Of a stretch of DNA of 57,299 nt, positions 20,266-30,423 are shown piece after piece. The notes under the pieces were generated by a model, which was given only the letters and a program-made list of their open reading frames with translations, made no database searches and was not told the DNA's origin. Origin of the DNA: Promethearchaeota archaeon (GTDB lineage Archaea; Asgardarchaeota; Lokiarchaeia; Sigyniarchaeales; SOKP01); the NCBI GenBank assembly GCA_048941015.1, contig JBHLNZ010000014.1:1-57299 (forward strand), written 5' to 3'. A program made the position numbers and the translations under genes. The first letter of the stretch is position 1; each line of letters begins with the position of its first letter.

Positions 20266-22002
20266 ATGGATTTTAGTAAGTACTGGGATTTAAAACCTAA
20301 ACACGTTTTAATTTCTTATGCCTTAATTTCTCTAATATCTTCAGTTGTAGAGATTTTATTAACTGGAACTTTTCAATGGAGTTTTATAATTACATATGTT
20401 GGCGTATTTTTTATTGGACACCATCTAAGAAGAGCACTTAACGACTTCTTTAAACAATTTCATATTAAAAAGGTTGTAAGAAGCTTTTTAACACCTTGGA
20501 TATTATTCGGACTTGTTTTTCTTTATGTACAGATCTTTTTCTTTTCTTATTATTTAACACATTATGAATTTATTGGTTTCGGGACAGTTGCAAGTTTTAT
20601 CTTCTTTTTAGGTATTATAATCCTTACTCTAATATCAATTAATCATATTATCAGAATAATCGCTGTTGCTTTTCATAGAAGAAAATCAGATTTATTTCCA
20701 ATAAATAGATTAGAATATCCAGCTTTAAAATATTTGAGTCAGGAAAAAATCATTAAATTCGATGAACTAAAAGATAAAATCCATGGGTTAATGAATATAT
20801 TTATACCAGAAGTTTATTTTAATCATGAAACCGCAGCATCTTCAATATACCATTTATGTGGTATTAGATTAGCAGATATTAATAATGACAATTTTGTTTC
20901 TTTAACTAATAGAGGAAAGGAAAGTGTTAAATCATGGAATGAGACTTTACAAAAACAAGTAAAAAGATATGATAAAATCTTAAACAGTAGAGGTGTTCTA
21001 ATTAGATCTTTTATTGGCTTATCGATTCTTAGTTTATTAAAAATTATAATTGGAAATTTTAGTTCAGAATCGCTTCGAGCTGAAGGAATTGAGAATTTTC
21101 TAGATTGTATTGCAGTTTTGCTAATAGGGATAGGAATAAGATATAGGAAAGAAAAACTAGTCAATATTATTTTAGTAATTCTAATGACTTTTGCTGGTGT
21201 ATCAATAATTTTTGAATCAATTATTTCTTTAATAGTAGGTCCAATATCGATAAAAATGCCTCAAATTATTATTTTAATTGCTTTAATCTCTATATTTTTT
21301 AATACTTACTTACGTACATTGAAAAATTTTGTTGGAAAGAAAAATAGAAACTCTTCATTAATTGCGAGCGCAATAGATTCCAGAGTAAACATAGTAATCT
21401 CCATCGGTATAATTTTAGGTGCCCTACTTTCTGAATTCGGGAGAACTCAAGGTATTGCTTTTCTTTTTTATTTTGACCCAATTATAGCAATAGCAGTCAG
21501 TATATTCATTTTTAAAGAAATTTTCGAGATTATCAATGAATTTATAACAGAAAAAGAGGAGATTGAATTTGAGAAGTTTCAAATGCCATATGAAGAAAAT
21601 TTTAAGGAATATATTATTAAATGGATATTATCTGTTTTTATTGATAACCCCGAAAAAAAGTTCACAATAAATGAACTTAATCAGAAATTTCAGCTTTCTT
21701 TAAAAAAAAGCGAAGAAATCTATACAAATTTTTCATATATGGGGCTTTATATTTTTAAAGAAAATGGAATAGATTCTGTAGTGAAAAGTTTAATTCTTGA
21801 TCGGTTATTGAAGGAGGAAAATGATAATAAGGTTAATTTGACCGAAAAAGGCGAGTATATGTATGAATTTTTCTATTCAGAACCATTAATGGAAGATGTG
21901 AAAGACCCATTTGACTTTTTCTTTGAACAAAATTATGATTTCGATAGTTTAAGACATCGAAAAGAACAAATTTTACAAAAATATCTAAAAAATTTAAATT
22001 AA
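20266..22002 (+). CDS. Membrane protein: TM bundle + wHTH + cation-diffusion-facilitator-like TM domain + wHTH
   Basis: CDF-like SESLRAEGIENFLD, SLIASAIDSRVN, FDPIIAIAVSIFI; two wing-like motifs VSLTNRGKE and VNLTEKGEY. Confidence 0.65.
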   Translation: MDFSKYWDLKPKHVLISYALISLISSVVEILLTGTFQWSFIITYVGVFFIGHHLRRALNDFFKQFHIKKVVRSFLTPWILFGLVFLYVQIFFFSYYLTHYEFIGFGTVASFIFFLGIIILTLISINHIIRIIAVAFHRRKSDLFPINRLEYPALKYLSQEKIIKFDELKDKIHGLMNIFIPEVYFNHETAASSIYHLCGIRLADINNDNFVSLTNRGKESVKSWNETLQKQVKRYDKILNSRGVLIRSFIGLSILSLLKIIIGNFSSESLRAEGIENFLDCIAVLLIGIGIRYRKEKLVNIILVILMTFAGVSIIFESIISLIVGPISIKMPQIIILIALISIFFNTYLRTLKNFVGKKNRNSSLIASAIDSRVNIVISIGIILGALLSEFGRTQGIAFLFYFDPIIAIAVSIFIFKEIFEIINEFITEKEEIEFEKFQMPYEENFKEYIIKWILSVFIDNPEKKFTINELNQKFQLSLKKSEEIYTNFSYMGLYIFKENGIDSVVKSLILDRLLKEENDNKVNLTEKGEYMYEFFYSEPLMEDVKDPFDFFFEQNYDFDSLRHRKEQILQKYLKNLN

Positions 22003-22139
22003 TTATCCTAAAAATTTCTTAAACTAATCAACTAAGTTCTACTAAAGATCCATTTAATTTGTTTTGTAAATAAAATTATAACTTTGATAATTTTAAAAAA
22101 AAAGGAAATTTTAGAAGATTATAGAATATAATCGAAATA

Positions 22140-22892
22140 TTATTCTTTTTCTATCATTTTTACTAGCCATTTTGGCATTACAAGTGATAAATAAGTTAGT
22201 ATATAAAAAATTATAGCAAAAATCCAGGCGATGTATACAAATACAGAATAACCAGGATGATCTAATAAGGTTATCATCAAGGTATCTCCTATAAACATTA
22301 GGAAGAACAATATCATAGATATCATTGCATAGAAAAGTAAGTTTAAACCTGTTTTTGAGATTTTATCCTTAGTTGCCTTCATCGCTCTTCGAGACGTTAT
22401 AGCAATTACTATGTAAATAAAGTATGAATACAGTACCAAACTTAAAGTAGAGTATAAGCGAATATTTAAAAGACCTTCATAGTCTTCTGGTGGAATACCC
22501 CACCAATTCCAAGGTAAAAATAGTAAAATTAATACAATTCCTCCTATTAAAATTAATGGAATGAATAGTTTCTCTCCTTTATTTGTAATCTGGCTCACAA
22601 ATTTATAGAAGAAAATGTCAGCAAATATTACCATAGCATAGGCGAAAGGCAAAGAAAATCTATATATCTCTTTATAAAAGTTTGTAATAATCGCTTCAGC
22701 TAAACCCACTGCTAACATTATTAATGCTAATGTAAAAAAAGAGAATACTATTGACAGGTAAAGTGGAGGTGATACTTTTCTTTCACGCCACTTAAAGTAC
22801 ATCTTTATAGTCAGTAAAATTCCAAAAATAGAGAGAATAATGTAATATGGAAATATTGGTAAAACACGTATGTCAAAAGGTGTATATGTCAT
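22140..22892 (-). CDS. About 7-TM hypothetical membrane protein
   Basis: Seven hydrophobic segments, ending ..LVMPKWL; no soluble domain. Confidence 0.75.
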   Translation of the reverse strand: MTYTPFDIRVLPIFPYYIILSIFGILLTIKMYFKWRERKVSPPLYLSIVFSFFTLALIMLAVGLAEAIITNFYKEIYRFSLPFAYAMVIFADIFFYKFVSQITNKGEKLFIPLILIGGIVLILLFLPWNWWGIPPEDYEGLLNIRLYSTLSLVLYSYFIYIVIAITSRRAMKATKDKISKTGLNLLFYAMISMILFFLMFIGDTLMITLLDHPGYSVFVYIAWIFAIIFYILTYLSLVMPKWLVKMIEKE

Positions 22893-23083
22893 GAAATAAT
22901 GATCTTAAAATTTGTTTTTAAATATTAGCTGCATATTTTAAAAATTCATGAATTAATCGAGTTCGACACAATTCATATTCTTTAAAATTTGCTATTATTA
23001 AGAGTATTTCAAAACTGATTCCATTTTTATAGAATTAACATTTTATTATTTAATCAAGTTAAAAACGTAGAGATGAATGAGAT

Positions 23084-24190
23084 ATGCAAGAATTTGATAT
23101 AATTGTTGTAGGAGCTGGTCCAGGGGGGTCAATTGCTGCTAAAGTTGCTTCAGAAAATGGTTATTCAACATGTATAATTGAAAAAGAACAAATTAGTGAG
23201 GATGGACGATATAAAGCATGCGGTGGAGCAATTGCATGGGAACTGGTAGAGGAAATCGATTACCCTGAAGATAAAATTGGCAGAATAATTGAATCCTTAG
23301 AATTACATCATGTTGATGGAGAAGTGTTCTCAAAGAAAGGAAAAGGTGCAGTTGTTTGGCGAAATGTTTTTGATAAATTTTTGACCGACATGGCCATCAA
23401 TAGTGGAGCTATATTAAAAGAAAAAGAAGCTTTGTCTAATTTAAAAAAAGAAGGGGATTTTTATCAAATTACTACTAAAAAGGATAACTATATAACTAAA
23501 TACATAATTGCAGCAGATGGAGTTGCATCTCAAACTTTAAAATTGTTAAATTGGCCTTATTTCAAGAGTGAAAATATAATTTTAACGATTACTCAAGAGA
23601 TGAAAACCACGAAATCATATATCGATCAGGTTCTTGGAAATGACACAGTTCACTTATTTTTTGGCATTGAAAATCTCATACCGATTGGATACGCATGGTT
23701 ATTTCCAAAAAAGGAACATATAACAGTTGGATGGGGAAATCAAATCAATTTAATAAAAAATTCAAGAGAAGAATTCAAAAAATTTACTTCATTACCAATT
23801 GTTAAACAGGCATTAAAAGATTCAACAATAGACATTTTTCAACCTCATTTAATCCCGGTGGGATTGAGATCTAAACTTTATCAAGATAATATTTTTGCGG
23901 TTGGAGATGCTGGTGGAATAGTTGATCCTATAAGTGGAAAGGGGATTCCATATGCTATGATGTCAGGGCAATTTGCTATTGAATCAATAATTATGTGCGA
24001 AAAGAGAGATAAACTCGATAAATTAGGAATCCAATATGAAAGATTATTGGATAGAAAATTTTTAAAAATATTAAAAGCTAAAAGGGAAGCACGAGATCGT
24101 ATTTTTCAGAGTGATGAAACCTTAAAGAAATTTTTATCGCTTTGGGAAAATCATCGTAGCTCTGAAATAGTTATGAGAAAATTAATTTAA
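23084..24190 (+). CDS. Geranylgeranyl reductase-family FAD oxidoreductase
   Basis: GAGPGG, KACGGAI, AADG, GYAWLFP, VGDAGG..DPISGKGI. Confidence 0.9.
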   Translation: MQEFDIIVVGAGPGGSIAAKVASENGYSTCIIEKEQISEDGRYKACGGAIAWELVEEIDYPEDKIGRIIESLELHHVDGEVFSKKGKGAVVWRNVFDKFLTDMAINSGAILKEKEALSNLKKEGDFYQITTKKDNYITKYIIAADGVASQTLKLLNWPYFKSENIILTITQEMKTTKSYIDQVLGNDTVHLFFGIENLIPIGYAWLFPKKEHITVGWGNQINLIKNSREEFKKFTSLPIVKQALKDSTIDIFQPHLIPVGLRSKLYQDNIFAVGDAGGIVDPISGKGIPYAMMSGQFAIESIIMCEKRDKLDKLGIQYERLLDRKFLKILKAKREARDRIFQSDETLKKFLSLWENHRSSEIVMRKLI

Positions 24191-24206
24191 ATGGTGTAGA
24201 TAATAA

Positions 24207-25274
24207 TTGAAATTTACTGAGTATGTGAAAACGTATATTCCCAAAATAAATCAAGCAATTGAATCAATATACGATAAAAAGTTAAAGAATGTAAAGAATA
24301 AATTTTTACAGGAATATTATAGGGAATTAAAAGCGTATTTTTTATCAGGAGGAAAGAGAATCCGTCCTTTACTATGCATTGCTACATATAATGCATTTAA
24401 TAAAGAACGAGATGATAAAATAATCGTTCCTAGTGTAGGTGTTGAATTTCTTCATAATGCTTCTTTAATTCATGATGATATCATAGATAAAGATAATTTT
24501 AGAAGAGGAAATCCTGCATTTCATTTTAGATTTCAAAATTACCATAAAAACTATAACTTAAAAAAAATGAGTAGCATTGACTTTGGTAATTCTATTGGAA
24601 TAATAGGAGGAGATTCTGCTTTTTTCATAGGATTGGAAGCTTATCTTTTCAATGAGTTTGAGAGAGATTTGAATTTGAATGCAATAAAGTATTATGAACA
24701 AGCTTTTATAGATATTGCGAATGGCGTATTGATTGAAACAGATATGGTTAATCAAAAAATATTGCAAATTGAAGACTATATTGAAATGATCTCATTAAAA
24801 ACAGGTGCTTTACTAGAAAAATCAATTTTAATAGGAGCTAATTATGCTAATGCTAAAGAAAAATATATATCTCTTTTATCTACATATGGAATAAATCTAG
24901 GAATAATTTTCCAAATAATTGATGACATTTTAGGAACTTTTGGAGATGAAAAAGTCACCGGAAAACCTACTGATGGAGACATTAGAGAAGGTAAAAAAAC
25001 TTGCTTATTGATTGGAGCCTATAATAAACTAAACGTTGATGATAGAGACCACCTTAATCAATTAATTCAGAATCAGAATATCACAGATAAAGAGGTTCAA
25101 GAGATTAAAAATCTATTCTTAAAAGCAGACGTTGTCAATTCAAGCAAATTGTTAGCAGATAATTACTATAAAGAGGCTAAAATCTCGCTTAATAAATTAA
25201 AACCGATAATTAATAGTTCAGAATTAGAGTTCTTTGAAGATTTATTGAACTTTGTAATTTATAGGAATTTTTAA
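24207..25274 (+). CDS. trans-Polyprenyl diphosphate synthase (GGPP synthase-like)
   Basis: GGKRIRP, first Asp-rich motif LIHDDIID..RRG, KTG, second motif FQIIDDILG, DIREGKKT. Confidence 0.92.
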   Translation: MKFTEYVKTYIPKINQAIESIYDKKLKNVKNKFLQEYYRELKAYFLSGGKRIRPLLCIATYNAFNKERDDKIIVPSVGVEFLHNASLIHDDIIDKDNFRRGNPAFHFRFQNYHKNYNLKKMSSIDFGNSIGIIGGDSAFFIGLEAYLFNEFERDLNLNAIKYYEQAFIDIANGVLIETDMVNQKILQIEDYIEMISLKTGALLEKSILIGANYANAKEKYISLLSTYGINLGIIFQIIDDILGTFGDEKVTGKPTDGDIREGKKTCLLIGAYNKLNVDDRDHLNQLIQNQNITDKEVQEIKNLFLKADVVNSSKLLADNYYKEAKISLNKLKPIINSSELEFFEDLLNFVIYRNF

Positions 25275-25372
25275 TTTATTTATTTTTAAGATGGTGTTTT
25301 TTAGAAATTGTTTTAATACTTAATTAATATTTAGAAATAATAAATCCCTAAAAGTAACGGTGAAAAATCTAA

Positions 25373-25930
25373 GTGTTAATAGCTATAACAGGTGCTTCAG
25401 GTATTATTATCGCAATAAAGTTATTAGAACAATTGAAAAAAAAAGGAATTGTCACTGAATTAATTATTTCAAAAGTAGCTGAAAAAATTATTTTAACTGA
25501 AACAGAATATCAAATCAAAGAAATACGCAGCTTAGCAGATAAAAATTATGATGTTGATGACTTAACAGCAGCTCCTGCTAGTGGTTCTTATAAAATAAAC
25601 AATATGATTATTGTTCCATGTTCAATGAAAACTTTAGCTGCAATTGCGAATGGTTATGCAGATAATTTGATTACAAGAGCAGCGGACGTAATGATTAAAG
25701 AGAAGAGAAAATTAATTCTTGTGGTGAGAGAAAGTCCTTTTAGTGCAATTCATCTTGAAAATATGCTCAAGCTTGCGAGACTTGGAGTGATAATTGCTCC
25801 TCCCATCCCTGCATATTATATTAAACCTAGTAGTATCAATGAAATTAATGAATATTTTGTGGGTAGAATTTTAGATCATATTGGAATTGATAGTGGGATA
25901 AAAAGATGGGGAGAAGAGCAAGATAGATAG
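25373..25930 (+). CDS. ubiX: Flavin prenyltransferase (prFMN synthase)
   Basis: ITGASG, ASGS, PCSMKTLAAIANG, RAADV, RESP, HLENML, PAYY. Confidence 0.95.
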   Translation: MLIAITGASGIIIAIKLLEQLKKKGIVTELIISKVAEKIILTETEYQIKEIRSLADKNYDVDDLTAAPASGSYKINNMIIVPCSMKTLAAIANGYADNLITRAADVMIKEKRKLILVVRESPFSAIHLENMLKLARLGVIIAPPIPAYYIKPSSINEINEYFVGRILDHIGIDSGIKRWGEEQDR

Positions 25931-25974
25931 AATCGCATATTAAACACAAAAAAGTATTCTAGATAAAAAAAGAT

Positions 25975-27876
25975 TTATTGATTTAACCACTGATATAATC
26001 TTCCAAGAATTACATACTTTTTCTGATTGCTTTTTAATTCACTAATTTTTTTGAGATTCATTAACCACAAACTTGACCGTAATTCATTCTTTAACGTTTT
26101 AATTTCCCTAATAGTGTTTTCAATTTTATGATTTTTAAGATCTTCCCAAGCAGATAATAAAAATTTGTATGCAAAACCACTAATATCAGCTCCTAACGCT
26201 ATTGATTTAGCAATATCTATTCCTGTTTTTAATCCTCCTGTGGCGATAATAATCTTGTTAGATACCTTTCTCACATTTATTATACTTACTGGAGTAGGGA
26301 TCCCCCATTCTCTAAAAACATCTGCAGGATTTCGTGAGTACTTATCATTATCAAAATTATCCCGCATTGATTCAATGGCAGCAAAACTAGTTCCTCCAGT
26401 TCCTCCAACGTCAAATCCATCAAAACCAAGCCCATCTAATATCGAAGCACCACCTTGATTAAAACCTGTTCCCACTTCTTTAGCAATTATAGGTAGATCA
26501 TAGTTTGCCCTAATTTTTTCAAAATTCTTTCGGAAATACTTATAGGAAATATCTCCTTTATCCTGAACAAGTTCATGTAAAGCATTGAAATGAATAGCCA
26601 TTGAATCAGCATTTACCATCTCAATACACTTCTCAAAACTTTTAATATCGAAGGTTGGATCACTAATTTGACCGACTCCGATATTTCCAATTATTGGTAT
26701 GTTCGGAGCAAACTTCCTAACTACTCTGAATGATTCAATTGTTGAAGGATCAGCTAATCCCGCACGTTGACTTCCTACACTCATTATGACTTTCTCTGCT
26801 TCAGCAGCTTTAGCTAAAATTTCATTAATATCTCTGGATAGCGGATGACCACCAGTTATAGCAGCAATACATATAGGAGCAGATATCATTTTACTAAAAA
26901 ATTTGGTAGAAAGATCAATTTCACTGAAATTTATTTCTGGAAATGGATGATGTAATAGTTTGATCTCTTTAAAATAATTTTCAGAATGTTGTACATCAAA
27001 TTCTATTGGGATTTTTAAATGCTCAAATTTTCTTTCTTTAATATCTTCAACTTTATCCCTTTTAGGTGGATCTATTTTTGTACTTATTACATCTTTAGAA
27101 TTTAAGGCATTCAAAATATAATCCTCTTTTAATCCGTTTATAATTTGAACAGGTATATTTTTAATACAAATTTTTTTAATAATATCAATTTTTCCTTGTA
27201 TACCCCCTGTAACATCAATTTTTTCACCTAATTTAGCTAATTTTAAATCATCTAATTTATCAGAAGTAACCTGAGATACTAAAATTACATTACTTTCTTC
27301 ATTATTATTACTCTGTATGAAGATTCCATCTTTTTCAATTGCAAATATGACTTTTGAAACATTGTACTTGTGTAAATTTTGGCATAATTCTAATATAATT
27401 TGATCTCCAGAAATAATTGAAAAAGATCCTTTAGAATCAAAAATAATATCTCCATATAAAATAGGTAACAAGCCCATATCAAGAGCGGCTTCCATAGTTT
27501 CAATTGAACGAATTAAGATTTTTTGAGAATCCTTAAAAAATATACTCGAAGGCTGAAACTGAATTACAGGATAGTTTTTCTTTAAAAATTTATTAACTAT
27601 TAATGTGTTTAGCTTATTCATAGCTTCATGAGTTTCTGAGAGTCCTAAAAGTTGATTTTCAATTGATTTATTGTAGCCTTTAGAAATACTATACTTTTTA
27701 GCTACTGGATGACCAAAAGAGCCACCACCATGAATTAAAATAAGCTTTTGCTCACTATTAATAATTTGATTAATCGAACTTTCTATAACATCTTCTCTAA
27801 TAGAAAATGGTTTACTTTTATCGGTTAAAAGACTTCCGCCTAACTTTAATAAGACTACTTTAGTTTTATTTATCAA
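25975..27876 (-). CDS. fni: Fusion: isopentenyl phosphate kinase (N-terminal) + type 2 IPP:DMAPP isomerase (C-terminal)
   Basis: IPK: KLGGSLLTDK, HGGGSFGH, ISGD, DVTGGIQGK. IDI-2: RKFEH, TGG, GSQR, KEVG, GGTS, WGIPT, KSIALGA. Confidence 0.92.
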   Translation of the reverse strand: MINKTKVVLLKLGGSLLTDKSKPFSIREDVIESSINQIINSEQKLILIHGGGSFGHPVAKKYSISKGYNKSIENQLLGLSETHEAMNKLNTLIVNKFLKKNYPVIQFQPSSIFFKDSQKILIRSIETMEAALDMGLLPILYGDIIFDSKGSFSIISGDQIILELCQNLHKYNVSKVIFAIEKDGIFIQSNNNEESNVILVSQVTSDKLDDLKLAKLGEKIDVTGGIQGKIDIIKKICIKNIPVQIINGLKEDYILNALNSKDVISTKIDPPKRDKVEDIKERKFEHLKIPIEFDVQHSENYFKEIKLLHHPFPEINFSEIDLSTKFFSKMISAPICIAAITGGHPLSRDINEILAKAAEAEKVIMSVGSQRAGLADPSTIESFRVVRKFAPNIPIIGNIGVGQISDPTFDIKSFEKCIEMVNADSMAIHFNALHELVQDKGDISYKYFRKNFEKIRANYDLPIIAKEVGTGFNQGGASILDGLGFDGFDVGGTGGTSFAAIESMRDNFDNDKYSRNPADVFREWGIPTPVSIINVRKVSNKIIIATGGLKTGIDIAKSIALGADISGFAYKFLLSAWEDLKNHKIENTIREIKTLKNELRSSLWLMNLKKISELKSNQKKYVILGRLYQWLNQ

Positions 27877-27889
27877 TTTTAATACTCTA

Positions 27890-28825
27890 TTATCCTATCA
27901 TGGTTTTCCAGGCATTATATCCTGCTTTTTCAATAGATTGGGCAACTTTTTCCTGTATTTTTCCATTTTCAGTTAAAGCAATAACCAAACCACCTCGACC
28001 AGTCCCCGTTATTTTAGCACCAAGTGCGCCATTTTTTAGGGTTATATCAACTAACTGATCATTTATATCTCCAGATACCGTTATTTCTTGGAGTAATTTA
28101 TGATTTTGGTTCATTAAATCACCTATCGCTATAATGTCGCCTTTAATTAGAGCTTTTTTTGCCTTATTTACTAAATTTTTATATTCATTAAAAATTTTTT
28201 TAAATTTATCTGGACTTTCTTCCTTTAAACGTCGAACATCTGCAACCACCTCTGAAGTTGAGGCTGTTATTCCTGAATTAGCAATTACTAAAGGCATTTT
28301 TTTTGGTGAGTTTAGAAGCTCCATAATATTTTTTCCACCCTGTAAGTTTTTAACAAACCAAATTAACCCCCCATAGGTAGAAGCGGTGTTATCAATCCCA
28401 GATGGCGTTCCATGATACGCTTTCTCACCTTCATAAGCAGTGTTATTAAGTTTTTCATCATCTAGATTAAGATTAAATAATTTATTAAGAGCACGAGCTA
28501 AAGATGTACATTGAGCAGCAGAAGCACCTACTCCACTTGCGGCAACTAAATCACCAGCAAAAGTTATTTCTAATTTCTGATTTTCTGTATTAATATTTAA
28601 GTGATTAATAACATTTCTAACTGATTGCAATCCCTCTTCATATTTCTTTTGTTTGTATCCCGGTGTAGCAAGTCTTTGATCATCAACAGTCCAACCACTA
28701 CCCTTGACCACTTTAACATCTGCAGTAGTGACAGAACCCAAAGCGGATGCGATTGCTGGTAACCCATAAACTACAAAATGTTCTCCGAATAATATTGTCT
28801 TTCCATATCCTTTCCCAATAACCAT
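27890..28825 (-). CDS. mvk: Mevalonate kinase
   Basis: GKTILFGEHFVVYG, SGVGASAA, HGTPSGID, GAKITGTGRGG. Confidence 0.93.
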   Translation of the reverse strand: MVIGKGYGKTILFGEHFVVYGLPAIASALGSVTTADVKVVKGSGWTVDDQRLATPGYKQKKYEEGLQSVRNVINHLNINTENQKLEITFAGDLVAASGVGASAAQCTSLARALNKLFNLNLDDEKLNNTAYEGEKAYHGTPSGIDNTASTYGGLIWFVKNLQGGKNIMELLNSPKKMPLVIANSGITASTSEVVADVRRLKEESPDKFKKIFNEYKNLVNKAKKALIKGDIIAIGDLMNQNHKLLQEITVSGDINDQLVDITLKNGALGAKITGTGRGGLVIALTENGKIQEKVAQSIEKAGYNAWKTMIG

Positions 28826-29215
28826 TTATTTCACCAACACCGTCCCTTCCGATCCATCAACAACTAATTTTTGACCCGTTTTAATATTATTAATATCTAT
28901 TTTGTCCACACATGGAATTTCGCTGATGATACAACCCACTGCGATAATTGTATCGATTTCCTTATTAATAATTGCTGCTGGAGCGGTTTTATTTTTCATC
29001 ATTCTATACATTGTATAAGAGCCAACTGTAGAACCTTTACCTGTGGGAAAAACTAATACTTTCCCTGTTATGGATTCTCCTTCGAGTTCATGGCCTACCT
29101 CAACAATCTTACCTGTATCAGGATCAACACCTCCATAAAAGGAAATTCCCTCTTTAGTCACTATTGCTTCAGCTTCTACAATCCCTTTATAAATTTTTCT
29201 TCCTTTTAACTTCAT
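28826..29215 (-). CDS. Phosphomevalonate dehydratase small subunit (AcnX swivel, DUF126)
   Basis: ISFYGGVDPDTG, GKGSTVGS; operon context. Confidence 0.9.
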   Translation of the reverse strand: MKLKGRKIYKGIVEAEAIVTKEGISFYGGVDPDTGKIVEVGHELEGESITGKVLVFPTGKGSTVGSYTMYRMMKNKTAPAAIINKEIDTIIAVGCIISEIPCVDKIDINNIKTGQKLVVDGSEGTVLVK

Positions 29216-30414
29216 TTTATAGACTCCTCAACGCATTGTTCGATAGTTCCAATTTTTACTTTAAATTTATTTTTAGCACGACCATAATAACATGCTTTAG
29301 CAGAATCCACCATAATTCCTTTAAATCGACCTTTAATTGGAGCTACTACACAACAAGTATCTGCTGCAAATTTTGCTCCAGCACTTTCAATTATTTTAGA
29401 ATATCCCGCTTCGTCTGCAATCCTTTTTGTAGGTCGAGCAGTAGTAATCCAAAATTCTTTCTTTACTCTTTTTCCCTCTAATAATCTCGCGATTTCTGCG
29501 ATTTCATGAATTGAAGCGTGAGGACAACCAATACTAATAAAATCTATTACGAGATCAGTGTCAATGAGTTCAGATCTGGCTTTTAATAGGTTATCCTGGT
29601 TAATTTCAAAAATAATATCACTTGGTTTTGGATATTTATCAAACTCGGGAGTTATTCCTTCCATATGAAATAGTGCTACTCCACCATACGTAGCAATAGA
29701 AGCACAAAATGACTTAAGTTCTTCAAGAGTAGCGGAAGGAATTCCTTCAATATAAGGTACTTTTTTTCCTAATTCAACTAATTTATCACCAATTATTTTT
29801 CCTAATACACCAAATTCGTCAGTACCTTTAACAGGAGCATTTACTTTTATTAAAACCTGACCATGACGATTTTGATTTAAATGATAGCCATATTTAGGAG
29901 TTTTTCCTGTTATGGCAGAAGCCAATGCACTTGGTCCTCCCTCGCGATTAGTTCGAGCACCAATAACAGAGTTTGCATAACATACGGCACTACTCTCTGC
30001 CCATGCGATATGTTGTCCAAAATGGGGGGTATTTCCAATTAAATATGGTGTACAAGAACAAGTAGTAATAATCCCCATTTTCGCAAACGCATCAATTGCA
30101 CGATTCTGATTTTTAGCAAATTCCTCATCGATTCCCAATGCTTGCCAATTTTCGCGATCCATCCCTGCAGGATTTAAAGTTGTTAATACTCTAACTTTAC
30201 CATCTTCTGCTATTTCATTTAAAAATTCTAAACCTGCTTCGCTTAGATTATCATAGGAAACTCCAGCTATCTGAACTCCATAAACATCAACCAGACATTC
30301 CGCATCAAAAATTTCACCAAGAATGTTCAAAATTTCCATAGATTTTTGAGCGGCTCTTCCATACTTACCATTGAGCATATCTTGTTCTTCAGGAGTTAAT
30401 TTCATTATGATCAA
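29212..30414 (-). CDS. Phosphomevalonate dehydratase large subunit (aconitase X, DUF521)
   Basis: QIAGVSY, TTLNP, CSCTPY, WAESSA, GARTNREGG, GCPH, DTCCVV, SAKA..Y. Confidence 0.92.
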   Translation of the reverse strand: MIIMKLTPEEQDMLNGKYGRAAQKSMEILNILGEIFDAECLVDVYGVQIAGVSYDNLSEAGLEFLNEIAEDGKVRVLTTLNPAGMDRENWQALGIDEEFAKNQNRAIDAFAKMGIITTCSCTPYLIGNTPHFGQHIAWAESSAVCYANSVIGARTNREGGPSALASAITGKTPKYGYHLNQNRHGQVLIKVNAPVKGTDEFGVLGKIIGDKLVELGKKVPYIEGIPSATLEELKSFCASIATYGGVALFHMEGITPEFDKYPKPSDIIFEINQDNLLKARSELIDTDLVIDFISIGCPHASIHEIAEIARLLEGKRVKKEFWITTARPTKRIADEAGYSKIIESAGAKFAADTCCVVAPIKGRFKGIMVDSAKACYYGRAKNKFKVKIGTIEQCVEESIK

Positions 30415-30423
30415 ATCCTTATA

